The translations under genes were made by a program, and so were the position numbers. Source: Tubulanus polymorphus (Eukaryota; Animalia; Nemertea). From it: a stretch of DNA of 64,000 bases. The notes under the pieces were generated by a model that saw nothing but the letters and a program-made list of their open reading frames with translations, ran no database searches and was not told where the DNA came from. Below, in pieces: positions 35,737 through 48,245 of the stretch. Position 1 is the stretch's first letter. Every line of letters starts with the position of its first letter. The stretch is taken from assembly GCF_964204645.1 (NCBI RefSeq), contig NC_134029.1:13294850-13358849 (forward strand). The letters run 5' to 3'.

Positions 35737-38700
35737 TTATACATGAACATAATATCTTGTCCCAAGATTATACTTTAATTTTCTTACCAATAGCACCCAG
35801 TGATTGCCATTTTTATTGTAAGCACCTACAATAATTTCCTGTCGTTCAAATTGCACCTGTAAATACAAGAAGCTGTTACAAGTTCTTTGATAGGTATATA
35901 TGAATTTAAAAGAAGTTAATTGTGCCAACATAACATGCACTTTCAGAACTAAATGCAATCGGTTGATATCATTATCCCTAAGAATGGTTGGAGTCATTTT
36001 GAAATTAAATGATGATACAATTTGGATCTTTCGAAATAAATGCTTTTTATACACCTCTTCATTGCATCTGATTATTGGTGGCATAATATAAGAATCTATT
36101 ACAATGCATTTCTGATATTTGCTTAGAACGCATTCTAACTTCAATGCCATGTTCATAACCTATAATTTTGTATAACACAACTTAGAGAAATACCAGGATT
36201 TATGAAGGACTATTCTATGTAAAAGAACATTTAAAAATAAATCGCAGTTGTTTGGTTATAAAATGAGAGATAACAAACCTCACTGTAAGACGGCTGTAAA
36301 GACGCCAGACCAATGTCAGATAGGGTGTGAGTGCCTGCTTTAGCAACAATGACCATCACGTCTTGGAGGTTATCTAGCCCTGGTGCCTTCTTCCATATCG
36401 ATTCCACCTGCATTAAGAAATAGAACACAATCATGTAAATTTTCACTTTGAAGGAACTACATGTCAAGCTATCCGGTAGCTTGCTGACTATGATTATGAT
36501 AGATAGTAGCATAAATAAATCCAAAAAGGCATCACCTGATTTGACACTGGATTATTCATACTTCTTCTGGGCTCATCTTTGCTGGTGTTAGCTTTAACCT
36601 GAGAAAAAGGAAGAATTTACCAGCAAAACCTTGATACATCAGGTACATCAATGCAGTTAACTACCAAATCAACATGAAAGCATCTTAATATCTCAACATA
36701 CTGACGGCACTTCTTTTTGGATTCCACTTTTATCAGCCAACTCTATCACAGTTTTAGATGAATGGATCTTCTCCTAAAAATCATAAATGTTACGCGTAAA
36801 TCAAAACACATGGTATCACATTTTCAACTTAATAGTAGTTTGAAGTTTTATAAGCCTAAAAAGACCAACTGATTTGATGCTCAAATTCCGGGTACAGGTA
36901 CTTTGAAAGAAATCTTACCAGGTTTTCATTACAGTTTGGTTCTGTTAGATCTATGATGTCACTTTCATTACTTTCAATCAAATTAAACAAAACCTAATAA
37001 GATTAGATAAACGAAGTTGTAACATTTATCTGAAAAAAGTTATATCTCATTCATTACACGTGAAAATTGGTAATGGTTGTTATGGATGTATACCTTTTCA
37101 GTATCATTCATTAATTTGTCAACACCTGATCTGTTTTGAAGTTTTTTCTCATTAATTCAGCCGAAGCTCCAACTCTATTACTAAATGGATGCTTTCTTTT
37201 TCTTGGATTCACTTGCAATCTACGGAGACCAGTATTTGTTTCTTTTATCACTGTCTTCTTTGGTTCTTTTGAAGATTCTAGTTTTTCTCGACGAACATCC
37301 AAGCCATCTTCCTTTGGTACAGCACTATGAAATTTATCCAAAACTGTTGTCAAATCATTCTCAAGTTCCTCCATTGATGTTTCATCGTGGACCAGATACG
37401 TCAACGAACGTATCTGTTTTAAAATGTCTCTACAATGCGAGGCACGATTCCGAGAAAACTTTTTAGCGGGTGGAAGATCAACTAGACGTATCGGCCCCAC
37501 TCCGCGCGGTTGCACCACCGCGCGGGATTTACGCGAGGCAGCAGAACACAAACATGGCCACTCTCTCAATTTTCAATGATAGAAATCGTGTGTGCATTTC
37601 AATTATTTCGGCTGTTAGGGTTTTAAGGCACAATATAAGTTGATGATGTGATATGGCGATGTTAATTGATGATAATTCCGCAGTGAAGCTAGTCACGAAC
37701 GGTGCCGATTGAGTGTACAGCTGCCAAAAACACTGAAATGTGCGTAGTTGCGTAACCATTTGCAGTGAATTTCAGACGAAACATGAAGCCTTAACGGCCG
37801 TTTAAAAAAAAATGTACCAATCGCAATTGTTAAATAAAAATGAGATAGAACCTAAGTTAAAATTCTGGCCATTTCTAAAATGTTATTACTAATTTTTATT
37901 CAGTGCGGAACGTTTAGTTTTCCAACAATAATGAGGGGTGGTAGGTAGTCATGCAATTCAAGTCATCATTTATTACACGTTACTTCCGTGTTGTTGAAAA
38001 TCTCGCGAGTCCTCGACCAAACCCCAATGAACAATGTGATCCGTGTGCTGGCCACAAATGCACACAGATCACACTACACTACCCATTACACACTCCAGTA
38101 CCCACAGCTTTCATATATCCATCCAAATATTTAGTGTCTTTTTTCCTGGATTGTTGCAATTATTACTCGTGATACTTTCCGCGGTAATATTATTTAATGT
38201 GACTATCTACACCATTGAAACCATCTTTGTCGAATGTTTCTACGTCCAGAATAAAAAAGGACTGTGCCAATAAACTGGCGTTAAACAATCAAAATCATAA
38301 TTCTGGTACATGCATATTACAGCACACAGGTGTTTGCACGGTAATTCATTTCTGCACCACCTGAAACAAGTACATGACGGTAAGGTTTCCTCATTTCCAA
38401 GTATCACCGAATGAAGTAAATTTCTGTCTGTTTGTAATTTGACGGAATATTCATAATTGTATGTCACTTCTGATATATCACTTGTGTAATAGGGCAAATA
38501 TGGAGAGACATATTCTGGGCATTGAAATTGAATGTAAATGGTCATCTTTTGTTTTTTAATTTTCATGAAAAGTTATGTATTACCGCGAAATGTCTTCTGA
38601 TTCTTTAATTTTCTCCATGCAATGCTTTATCACATATTGGGGTCTTTCATTCAACGTTTGAGGAATATCTGCATTGTACTTTCGATAGATGGCAGACTGA

Positions 38701-41320
38701 CGAGCATTTTTCAATAAGTAGCTGAAATTTTCAAAGGATATATAATAAGAATTATCTAAGGTAATCATGCACCTAAGATAATGGAGACAACACCAAACCA
38801 ATTATCCATGTTGTCAGCTGTGCTTTCATAATATAAAATGTAACCAGTAGGCCTACTCAAACCATGATTTTGTAGATTTTCGACAAAGAATACGACTTAA
38901 CGGAACTTATGAAAACACAACTGACGATATTATAATATAGTGCTCATACATATTCATATTCTAAGTGCACAGAAATGCAAAAGCTATTTAGAATCCTAAA
39001 TTATATAAGTTAATTAGGAGGCAGTTAAAGCAATGTTACAAAGAACCTAGTGCAGTTCCAATGAAGGACCTTACCATATGTGCCCAGTATCTAACGTATT
39101 GAGGAAAAATTTTTAACCCAATGGAGCCTGAAGGGCCAGAGCAGGTGATTCTTTAAATTCATATTTCTCTACAGATAAAGTTGAAAACATTTTAAACAAA
39201 ATTGTCCCCTTGACTACAAATCAAACTTTCCTAAAATAATTTCCAATAATAATATTTGTGAATTTTGAATGTAAAATGATGGTCTGCTCTGACATGGGCT
39301 ACAATAGGTTGAAGTGATATGACTATATTATAAAAGGAGTCAAGATTCCATGGTGGAAAATCATACGACTCTAATTTGCAACACAGTTCCACTTTATATT
39401 ACCTGCTTCCAATGTAACTCTGTAAACGAAAATGGGGGAGTGAATGAATGTAAAAATCGTTTCTTTATTTAAGACATTATTACTATGATTCCCAAGTCAC
39501 TTTCGGAATTTTGAATTAGTCATCCACGCTTCACTGGCTTTCAGTCTACCCAATTCTTCTCACTTAAGGAATTTGCCAGCCGTCGAAGCCTTGCCAGCAC
39601 CTCAGATTTTTGCTTCGATACACCGTTTACGATTTTCGATGTCCATCTTTCAAACGCTTGCTCCATGTGAAAACGACAGATGTATGTAATAGGATCTGTA
39701 TATAAGATATATAAAAAGGATATCAATTATAATTGTCTATCACAAAACAAAAATAAATCATTAAAGAATTAAATTCAGTTGAGTACCTGGGTAAACAGCT
39801 TCTGTTGCTTGGATTTCCTCCAAACAATAATCGGTCATAAAATACTTTGGATTGACGTTGTGATTCCAAGACTTGATTACTTCAAGAGCCTCCTGTATTG
39901 AGTCTTTACTTTCATTTTCAGTAATAAAAGAAGCAACCACCATATAATTAACATTTGTTTTCACAACTAGAAAAAACAGCGGTAACGCATATTTTGTCGT
40001 GCGGTATGTAGCATCTAACAAACCGATTTCATTTCCATATCGACTGAACAACCTTTGTTGCCAATTTGTTTGCTGCACAAACAGAAGGTTAGTCTTATCT
40101 GATGCATTTTCATCGCTGCTACACTTTGCCAGACGCAAAAAAAATTTATCTTGAGGATCCTGGCTTTGCCAGTCTTCTACTTTATGCTTGACATTTTGCT
40201 GGTCAATCAGTGATTTCCTGATATCTGATTTGATCTTATTGCAGTGCGTTCTAATTTCATGCATCGTTGGAAAGAAACGGCGGTTCGATGAATTCGGTTG
40301 ATCTCTACCAGCAAAAAGCACTTTCTTTAACAGGAAAACCAAATGACGCTTAATTTTACTGGCATTGGTAACACCGTCACTTATGAGTTCCTGCATACAG
40401 CTGACGAGACGTTTATCAATCGCATGCGTCATACCACTGAACTATAACATCAAAAAGGAATTTAATAATTTAATATATATAATACAGTCGAAACGGTCTA
40501 AACAGTGAGCTACTAACTTTCAACCAATTCAAAGAAATATAATAGCTAGGATGATGTTTTACATATAACATCATACTCAGAAATTATCATATGTTTTCTA
40601 GACATGATTTCCATAATTCATACCTCACCACATAAATGGTTTTTGTATTCAAGAGGAAACTGAATGAGCATCTGCCGCTGTATATTTGTTTTCTTTTTTT
40701 CTTTAAGGCAGTTCGGCAATCGTTTGAAAGTCCCAGTCATTTTTGCCTTTAGTGCAGTCGCCTTCAATCTAAAAGATGGTAAAATGTGGGGTTGGAAATT
40801 AAGGTTTCAGACATTGGGTGTTATTCAGGTGATAAAGTAAAACAGTCTATTTCAATATAGGTTATATCTCGGTACCCCAAATGTACTAAATTTTAAGTTG
40901 GGATACTATATTTTATAAATGGAGCCTTTTATTAAGTGGGAATGTAGTACTACATGTGTTGCGACAGGGTAGCTGGCCCTACTACAATTACACTTTCAAC
41001 TTAGTGTCCTAATGGCGATTTAGGATTTAGAAACATGAATTAACATAAAAACCTGTCAGTTAGGCCTATCTAATTTTACGTACTTTTTTCTTATCATAAT
41101 ATTTCTTTCTAGCTTCTATCTTTCTGTCTTTGCCATGCTGACAGTCCATAATCAATTTACCGCCCATGACAAATGGTGTCCCGTCACATTTTATCGGGTG
41201 ACGCCATGATGTTGTCTTGGAGTTTGGATCCTTGAAGAAGACCTGGTACTTTCCGTCTATGTGGAAAGGATCTGCAATACAGAAATAGTATCTACGATGA
41301 GAATTCCGGGTAGAAGACAA
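35737..41320 (-). pseudogene. Multi-exon Mutator (MULE) transposase with SWIM finger and C-terminal Ulp1/C48-like remnant
   Basis: MDCQHG; LLDATYRTTKYALPLFFLVVKTN; FMTDY; CRFHMEQA; SWIM CTC..PCKH; NGNHWVLL; split by introns and insertions. Confidence 0.82.
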
Positions 41321-41851
41321 ATAAAGATGTGTTCATCATTTTTGGTACACTACATGCACAAACTAGTAATATAACGGAAAGTGTGCCATAGAAAATAAAA
41401 TAAACATCATTTAAGCTTTACTTTAGTTTTAAGCTAGGCAATGTAATTAATGAATCAAATGGGATGAGATGGGGAGATGATGCTATCTTTCGCTTTTTGA
41501 GTACATTATTTGGCATTTGGGTTTCAGTTTTCTCCCGCTCCTACAGGCTAAGATGACGTACCACACGTCACAGGCAGGACCCACCAAACTGCATGACAAA
41601 CTGGGCCCCTAGTCTGAATACCAGTCGTCGTTACGGTTCCCTCCTGTTTGGGGAACAACGGCTAGGTACTAGACTAGCTGGGTCCCATGGATGCAGTTGC
41701 CAGTGGAATGTGACAGTTGAGTTAGTCATTAGGCTAACCTGTCTGTGGTTTAGTTTCACGATTGGATGTTTTCACAAACCACATCCGATTATGAAAAGCT
41801 TACCAGATTAGGTTAGACTTCTACAGTTGAGACGAGTGAGTGCCAGGTGGC

Positions 41852-42045
41852 AGTAATAGGGGTTTAGTTGTTCTAGATCAAAGGTCGAACGGTCGAAAAA
41901 TTTTCCAAATGTGAAAATAACAATAATTTCTACTTGAATTAGTCGCGTACACTCCTAATTCAAGTAGAAATTATTATTATTTTAACATTTGGAAAATTTC
42001 TCAACCATTCAACCTTTAACCTAGAACAACTAAACCCTTATTACT
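41852..42045. repeat. 194-bp imperfect palindrome/hairpin at the left boundary of Polinton copy B
   Basis: ~91-bp arms AGTAATAGGGG...CTTGAATTAG and CTAATTCAAG...CCCTTATTACT around a 12-nt loop. Confidence 0.9.
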
Positions 42046-42308
42046 CTTAAAATATTCATCTATATGAATAAAATATAAATGAATAACATATATAAGTAAT
42101 TAGAAAAGTAGGCTTTCAAGCCAGATTACGAGAGTACGAGCTCTTATAGAATAGATATATAGATATATTTTAAACATTATTTCAATATCTATATTTGTAT
42201 GAGTTAGATTTTAAAACATTAAAAGTTTTTGTAAAGTGTGATTGAAATAATTCATATTTAAATCATTGAACTTCTAAAATCAATTAAGTAAAAAAATTTG
42301 ATATTAAA

Positions 42309-42977
42309 ATGGAACCAGAACAACCACAAACTATCAATATTACAAATAACACTGGTGTCATAAATATATACTACAAGAAGTGTTCTAAATGTGAATTAGA
42401 TAAATTAGCTATAACAGAATTTAATAAGCGTAAGATTAGCAAAGATGGTTTTCAATATTGCTGTAAAACTTGCATTAAACTATATGCCAAACAATATCGA
42501 GAAGATAATAGAGGAGCTTACAATGATTATATGACAGAATATATGAGAGAAAGATATAAAACAGATCTTAATTTTAGATTGAAACAATGTTTAAGATCTA
42601 GATTAACACAATTATTCAACAAAGAAACGCATTCAGAAACACTATCTAATTTATCGGGTTGTTCAGATGAATTTTTCATATAATGGATACTATATCAATT
42701 CGATGATAAAATGAATATAGATAATTATGGTGAATTCTTTCATATTGATCACGTGTTGCCGATCTCTAAATTTGACATGAGTGATGATTATAATAAGAAG
42801 CTAATCTGGAACTGGAGAAATTTAAGACCTCTTGAAAAGAAAGAAAATATAATTAAATCTAACAAACTAGATATGAAATTATATTTAGATCAACTGGATA
42901 AAGCAATGACATTTGTTGAATTATGGAATAGTATTTCACAGAATCGACCGCATTCTGAGGTTTTAATCAGTGGTTAG
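42309..42977 (+). pseudogene. Zn-ribbon + HNH endonuclease-like gene with one in-frame stop
   Basis: CSKC..CCKTC; IDHVLP..NWRNLRPL..EN.IKSNK; ORFs 42309..42683 and 42711..42977 are in the same frame across TAA. Confidence 0.82.
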
Positions 42978-43283
42978 AAAGCTGGCAATTCTATTTGAGC
43001 TTTGTATGTATATAATACATAGCTCTTGTTTACTACTAAAACATATGTTGCCAAATATATCTTGTTTTCAATTCTAAAGAATTAATTAACTTCATCATAA
43101 AGAATATCTGTTACAATCCAGGCAAACGTGCAGAAATAATTAGTTTGGTCGAACGTGCGCCACGTCGGCAGTTAGAAATCAACATAGATTAAAATGGAAT
43201 ACAGAGATCGACTAGAAATTCCAAGTCAACCATCGGAAGAGGAACCAGAAACGATGGATAGTGAGACTCAGGAATGAATAGAA

Positions 43284-43661
43284 ATGGAGGATAAAACTCT
43301 CGTAATTGACGAACAAACTTCACAAAAATTACAAGAACATTTGGATTATCATAAAAAAATGGTGAAAATTCTGAGTGATGTAATACATAATAAACAATTA
43401 CAGCGCGAACTACAATTACCAAAATTACCAGCAACGCGACTTAAATTGCTGTTGGGGCGCAAAGAATCGAAAACTAAGAAAATGAGTGGAGATATCAGTG
43501 CCGGCTTTGAAAGAAAACTGAGAAGAGTAGGTAGATTAATAAAATATGAAAAATTCAAAATATTAGGATTAGCATTTAGTGAAGTAGTCAGATATTTACC
43601 AGAAACTGAAGAAATGATTGTAAACAATCCAGTAATTAAAGAATTGTGGACAAAATTATAA
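43284..43661 (+). CDS. Polinton accessory ORF
   Basis: Homologous to 29180..29500 and in the same position after HNH. Confidence 0.7.
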   Translation: MEDKTLVIDEQTSQKLQEHLDYHKKMVKILSDVIHNKQLQRELQLPKLPATRLKLLLGRKESKTKKMSGDISAGFERKLRRVGRLIKYEKFKILGLAFSEVVRYLPETEEMIVNNPVIKELWTKL

Positions 43662-43758
43662 ATTATAACACTGAAGGTCTTTGTAATATAGATATCAAAA
43701 AATGTAATCTCGATTGTATATATCTGTTTTAATATTGTATTGATTACTGTTAACTAAG

Positions 43759-44091
43759 TATTGCGCAATAACCAGTCCGATTGGACCGCTTTTCTATTGT
43801 TCTCCATTGTTCTATTATTGATCGTTGTTAATGGCGGCGGTTGTTCTGTATTGATTGTTTACTCTTAACTAAATATTGCACAATAACCGGTCCGATTGGA
43901 CCGCTTTTCTATTGTTCTCCATTGTTCTATTATCGATCGTTGTTGACGGAAACAGCTGCTCAATATTGATTGGTTACATTTCTATGTTTGAATGTTGTAG
44001 TTTACAGAATAAAAATATTACTGTGTATTGCGCAATAACCGGTCCGATTGGACCGCTTTTCTATTGTTCTCCATTGTTCTATTATTGATCG
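43759..44091. repeat. Three ~70-bp direct repeats containing palindromes
   Basis: TATTGCGCAATAACCGGTCCGATTGGACCGCTTTTCTATTGTTCTCCATTG... at 43759, 43874 and 44026. Confidence 0.9.
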
Positions 44092-45539
44092 CTAAAATTT
44101 GCATAATAAATATAGCTGCGAAGCAGCGATGACGGGAAAGATGGGAATTGTATTAAATTGAAATATCGATACATAGAATAAAATGCATTGACAGATTCGA
44201 ACCTAATACGCTACCACTGTGTAAACGTCAAATATGATCAGCTTTGAAACCGAACATACGCGGATGTACAATCAACAAATATTAATTTATTTGACCAGGC
44301 ATTTATTTTGGCATTCAAACATCATGATACTGTATTATCACCATGCTTAAAAATGGATCTGTCCTATTAAGAACTCATCTTAAGCACCAGCTGAGTCGAT
44401 GGATTGAGTGAATTTACAGATAAGAACGTATTATGATTTAGAATAGATTTAAGAAGTAAATGTTTTTATTAAATATTTGAATAAATACATATATTGTAGT
44501 GTAGATTCAATCAATAAATCATGAATTGATCTGGTCTGGGTTTCCGGCTGATGTTGATTTTGGCTTTTATGGATTACAAATTCTATAGTGATAAACAATT
44601 GATACCTGCAACATGTGTGTAAATCAAACCTATTCCACTAGTTGCGTGTGTTTCCTAATAAACGGGAGAGTCACTCTTGATCCGAGTTATTAGAAAAATA
44701 ATGTTCATTTAGTTATAGAAATTCATTGCCTTTTTGGAAATTCTGTAATAATATTTGTTCTGTCCTAATTTTTATTACTGTATGAACCAATGATATGCTT
44801 TGTAAATATGATGTAATAAAATAAATTTGAATTTGAATTAAATTTGAACATGAGAATCAAGCATAACTTGTGTTTTTTCAACTTGTCTTTTATTAACAGT
44901 TCCAGATTTTCAATTACAATCAAATCCAAATTGGCTAAAAAGTACATAGGACTAAATGAAATGAACCGTTAGTTACTGCAAACCTATTCCAGTGTTATGT
45001 CGATCGTGTTGAATCACTTTCCTTGAGTTGAAAGAATCAGATCTTCTATGGTGCAACATCAGTCGAAGAGAGATATCTTGGTGTTGACTGTCCTTGACCA
45101 TCTAACTTCATGCGTTTGACATTGGAATCAGCATCATACCCATTTAAACTGCAAAATATTCATAAATATTCATACAACATGAAAACCTACAGTACATGTA
45201 TACAGTAATCAAACTTTCACCGATGTTGGATATTCGAATGAACGTTGGGCTTATTTCAGTATTCTAAAGCAGGAAATAATAAGCCCAATAAATAGGCCCT
45301 ATTCCCATTGGAACAATTGTATAATGCGTACGCTGTACCGTACACTTATCAGTCAAGAATGGAGAAATCGGTATACCAAACATACGGACAGCAAAATGTA
45401 CAGGCCTACAATGATTTCTGGTATACAAGCCGTAACCACATTGACTATTAATGTCAGCAGGTCAGAGAAGGCCTGGCCAAATTTAATCACATGGCTCAAA
45501 TCACTTAGCCTTTCTGCGTGTGAATACTTCACTGTATTG

Positions 45540-45704
45540 TGGGATCATTCATTTATTACGTACGCATTAGGGGAGGGGGAGGTGTCAGGGCAATTACGTA
45601 CTGTAATGCTTAATGTACATGAAAAAATGGCAGATTTTGCGTACAGAGGGGGAGGGGGGTTGGAATAATCAAATTTTATGCGTACGTAATAAATGAATAT
45701 TCCT
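45540..45704. mobile_element. Harbinger-like MITE
   Basis: IR ATTCATTTATTACGTACGCAT / ATGCGTACGTAATAAATGAAT. Confidence 0.65.
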
Positions 45705-45904
45705 GTTTTAAAAATAGGCCTATCGAGTGAATTAGTACATAGACTGAATTAGACTTTAGGCTAGTCCTGGCCAAATCCTATCCATGTTATAATTGCACCA
45801 GTTATAGTAACATCATTGTAGGAGGATGACCGCAGACGAGAGGGAAAAAGTTGTGTTTGTAGTACATAGGCATGGTAGGCTTGTCGTACTCACTTAATAC
45901 CCGG

Positions 45905-46380
45905 TACTTAAAACGCTGTTGTTACCTGTACGTGACTGTACGGTGATTTCTACAGGTTAGCCGTATGTGAGTATGTTGGCGCTCAGACTTGCAATATTGG
46001 GATTCGAAACCAAACGAAAAAAAAATCCAGTTGTAGTCCATTGATTTACCCACTGTGCCACAGAACGTAACTGCAGGGTGGATGAAATTTGATTTACAAA
46101 TAGCCTAGCCTCACCTAACCCAAACTCTATTCTTTCACGCATGCACGTTTGCAGATTATAGGAACTCACGGCCTTTTTAGTGAACTCACGTATGGTTTAC
46201 CTGTGGATATCACCATACAGTCACTGGCACGTACGGGTAACAACTTCGTACTTAAAAAATGGTATTGGCTACTAGAGGAACTCACGTACGGCGTTAGTAG
46301 GGAACTCACGTACGGTTAACCTGTGGAGATCACCATACAGTCACGTACGAGTAACAACTACGTACTTACTGGTATTGGGT
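45905..46380. repeat. Inverted and duplicated repeat element
   Basis: GTTGTTAC..GTACGTGACTGTA..GGTGAT..CAGGT at ~45920 is mirrored twice, at ~46185-46245 and ~46303-46360. Confidence 0.55.
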
Positions 46381-48245
46381 ACTATATAATAGGCCTAGAC
46401 AAATAAATACCCGTACTGCGGTAGGCTTTCTTAGCTTCCACACTTCACAACCGAACCAACTGACCAACCAGTATATTTATTCCCAGTACGCACCAACCGG
46501 CACAGGCCTAACTGTTTGTCAACTATGTGTACCGTAAGTAGGCTATCGATAATCACCTGATACTTTTCTGTCGTTTGTTTTCTCTCTGAAAACAACGTAA
46601 TTCTAGCAGCGAATTTTTTTTTCACACCATGTCAGATAGCCACTGCGCATGCCCAACTCAGTTTCGCTTCCGGACTGCATGTCGCAATGCATGAAGAAAT
46701 CCATGATGTGAACGACAAAATCTACTGTCGACTCTTGACTAAATATAAGCTGTGGTAGGAGGCCTAGCGCCAGCCAATTGACCATGATTGACTACTTGCC
46801 AGCTTCGCGTCTCAGACCAGTAGGAAACCGAAGTAAGTTAATGGTTTCATTCTTTTTACAGGCACGTTTTTCCTTCTTTGACTTTAATTCAATTCAATTC
46901 AATTCTTTATTATCATACATGATTGTAGATGCAATGCAATTGTAACAAAAATAAAATGATATAAAATAGAATAAAACACAACACAACATAAGCATTAGAC
47001 TTATTCGTTATACAAGAATATGTATATATACATGTACATTCTACTTTATATATTACCATTAAGTGACAATTTTTTATTTATAAGTTGGAAAACCCAAAAG
47101 CTGTAAACTGTCCTAGGCTACGTGTCATTAGTGGGGACGAAATCATTAATAGGAATTTATCTTCATCAGAGAAACTATTATTTGGGAATATAAGAAATGT
47201 CGGAATTGCCCAAAATTTGGCCTGTCAGTGTCAGACCCCCGCTGTCAGACCACAGCTCCCTCATTTGTAGGCTCAAACTGTGACGGTAGAAATCTGAACT
47301 ATTAAGATTCTATTAAGAATTTGCAACTTAAACTTTTGAAGCCAATTAATGTCTATTGTAAACATATAGGCCTAAAATCATGACAGTGTATGTGTTGAGT
47401 GTGATAAGCCGCAATACCGAGTTGTGTAGATCTTCTCCCAAAATTTGCAGAGAACACCTCCGCAGGCTTTACACTCTAGCGCTTCAGACGCCTGCTCCAC
47501 CAACCTCCCAAGACGCAACGAGTCCTATTTAAAAACGTGCGGCACCTCATAAATCAGACAGTTTTGGTCAAATTCACATAAGATGCCAACCAAATTTCTC
47601 TGTTTTAATTTTAGGCAAAGAATATTATCGTGATACTAAAATGTAGTTATTAAATAATGTGAACAATGCTTAGATAACAAGTATGGATTCAGCTATAGTA
47701 ACGGTAAGTTGATTTTATATCACAAGTCCTTTGTGTGAGGTTCTCTACAGGGGGTCATGGAATACGGAATACTAATTTGAAGTGGAATACAGCATAAAAA
47801 GCTGAAAATTGTCGATTTTGCTGAAATTCTTGGAATACAAGGAGAAAACTGTCTTGTTTTGCCATCGGAATACGGAATACAGGGATATTTTCCAGATTAC
47901 ATATGCCAAATTCCTTGGAATACAGCATACAAACACCCTGTCGAGGGCCTCTTGTGGTTTCCTGTCTTCGCACTGGGCATAAAATATCTTGGACGAGTTT
48001 CTTGTTGCTGACTGGCCGCCATTAATGCATGGTTCCCAGCTTACCGGGAAAACGGGAAAAAGTAGGGAATTTAAAAATTGAATTCCCGGTTGGGAAAAGT
48101 CAGGGAATTGATCAAAATTTGATAGAATCCGGGAAAAAGTAGGGAATTACAAAAACTCTGTTCAGATAGTCATGTCAGTTGATTGGTATATGATGTTATA
48201 TGTAAATCTGTACAATATTTCTTATGGCTATTATCTTTATTACAG

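Noticed and set aside
37904-38158. Possible solo LTR (TG...CA, minus-strand AATAAA) inside the MULE remnant
   Set aside because: No TSD was found (TTCAG vs ATTAT) and there is no second copy in the window.
41609-41678. Short TAGTCT..ACC / GGT..AGACTA hairpin
   Set aside because: Degenerate arms and no clear TSD; likely a common mini-element relic.
43759-44091. CRISPR-like repeats
   Set aside because: The units are ~70 bp with irregular, partly related spacers; this is an ordinary tandem duplication.
47748-48150. hAT-like MITE pieces (CAGGG...CCCTG; GGGAAAA repeats)
   Set aside because: No 8-bp TSD and unclear ends, so they were not listed as discrete elements.
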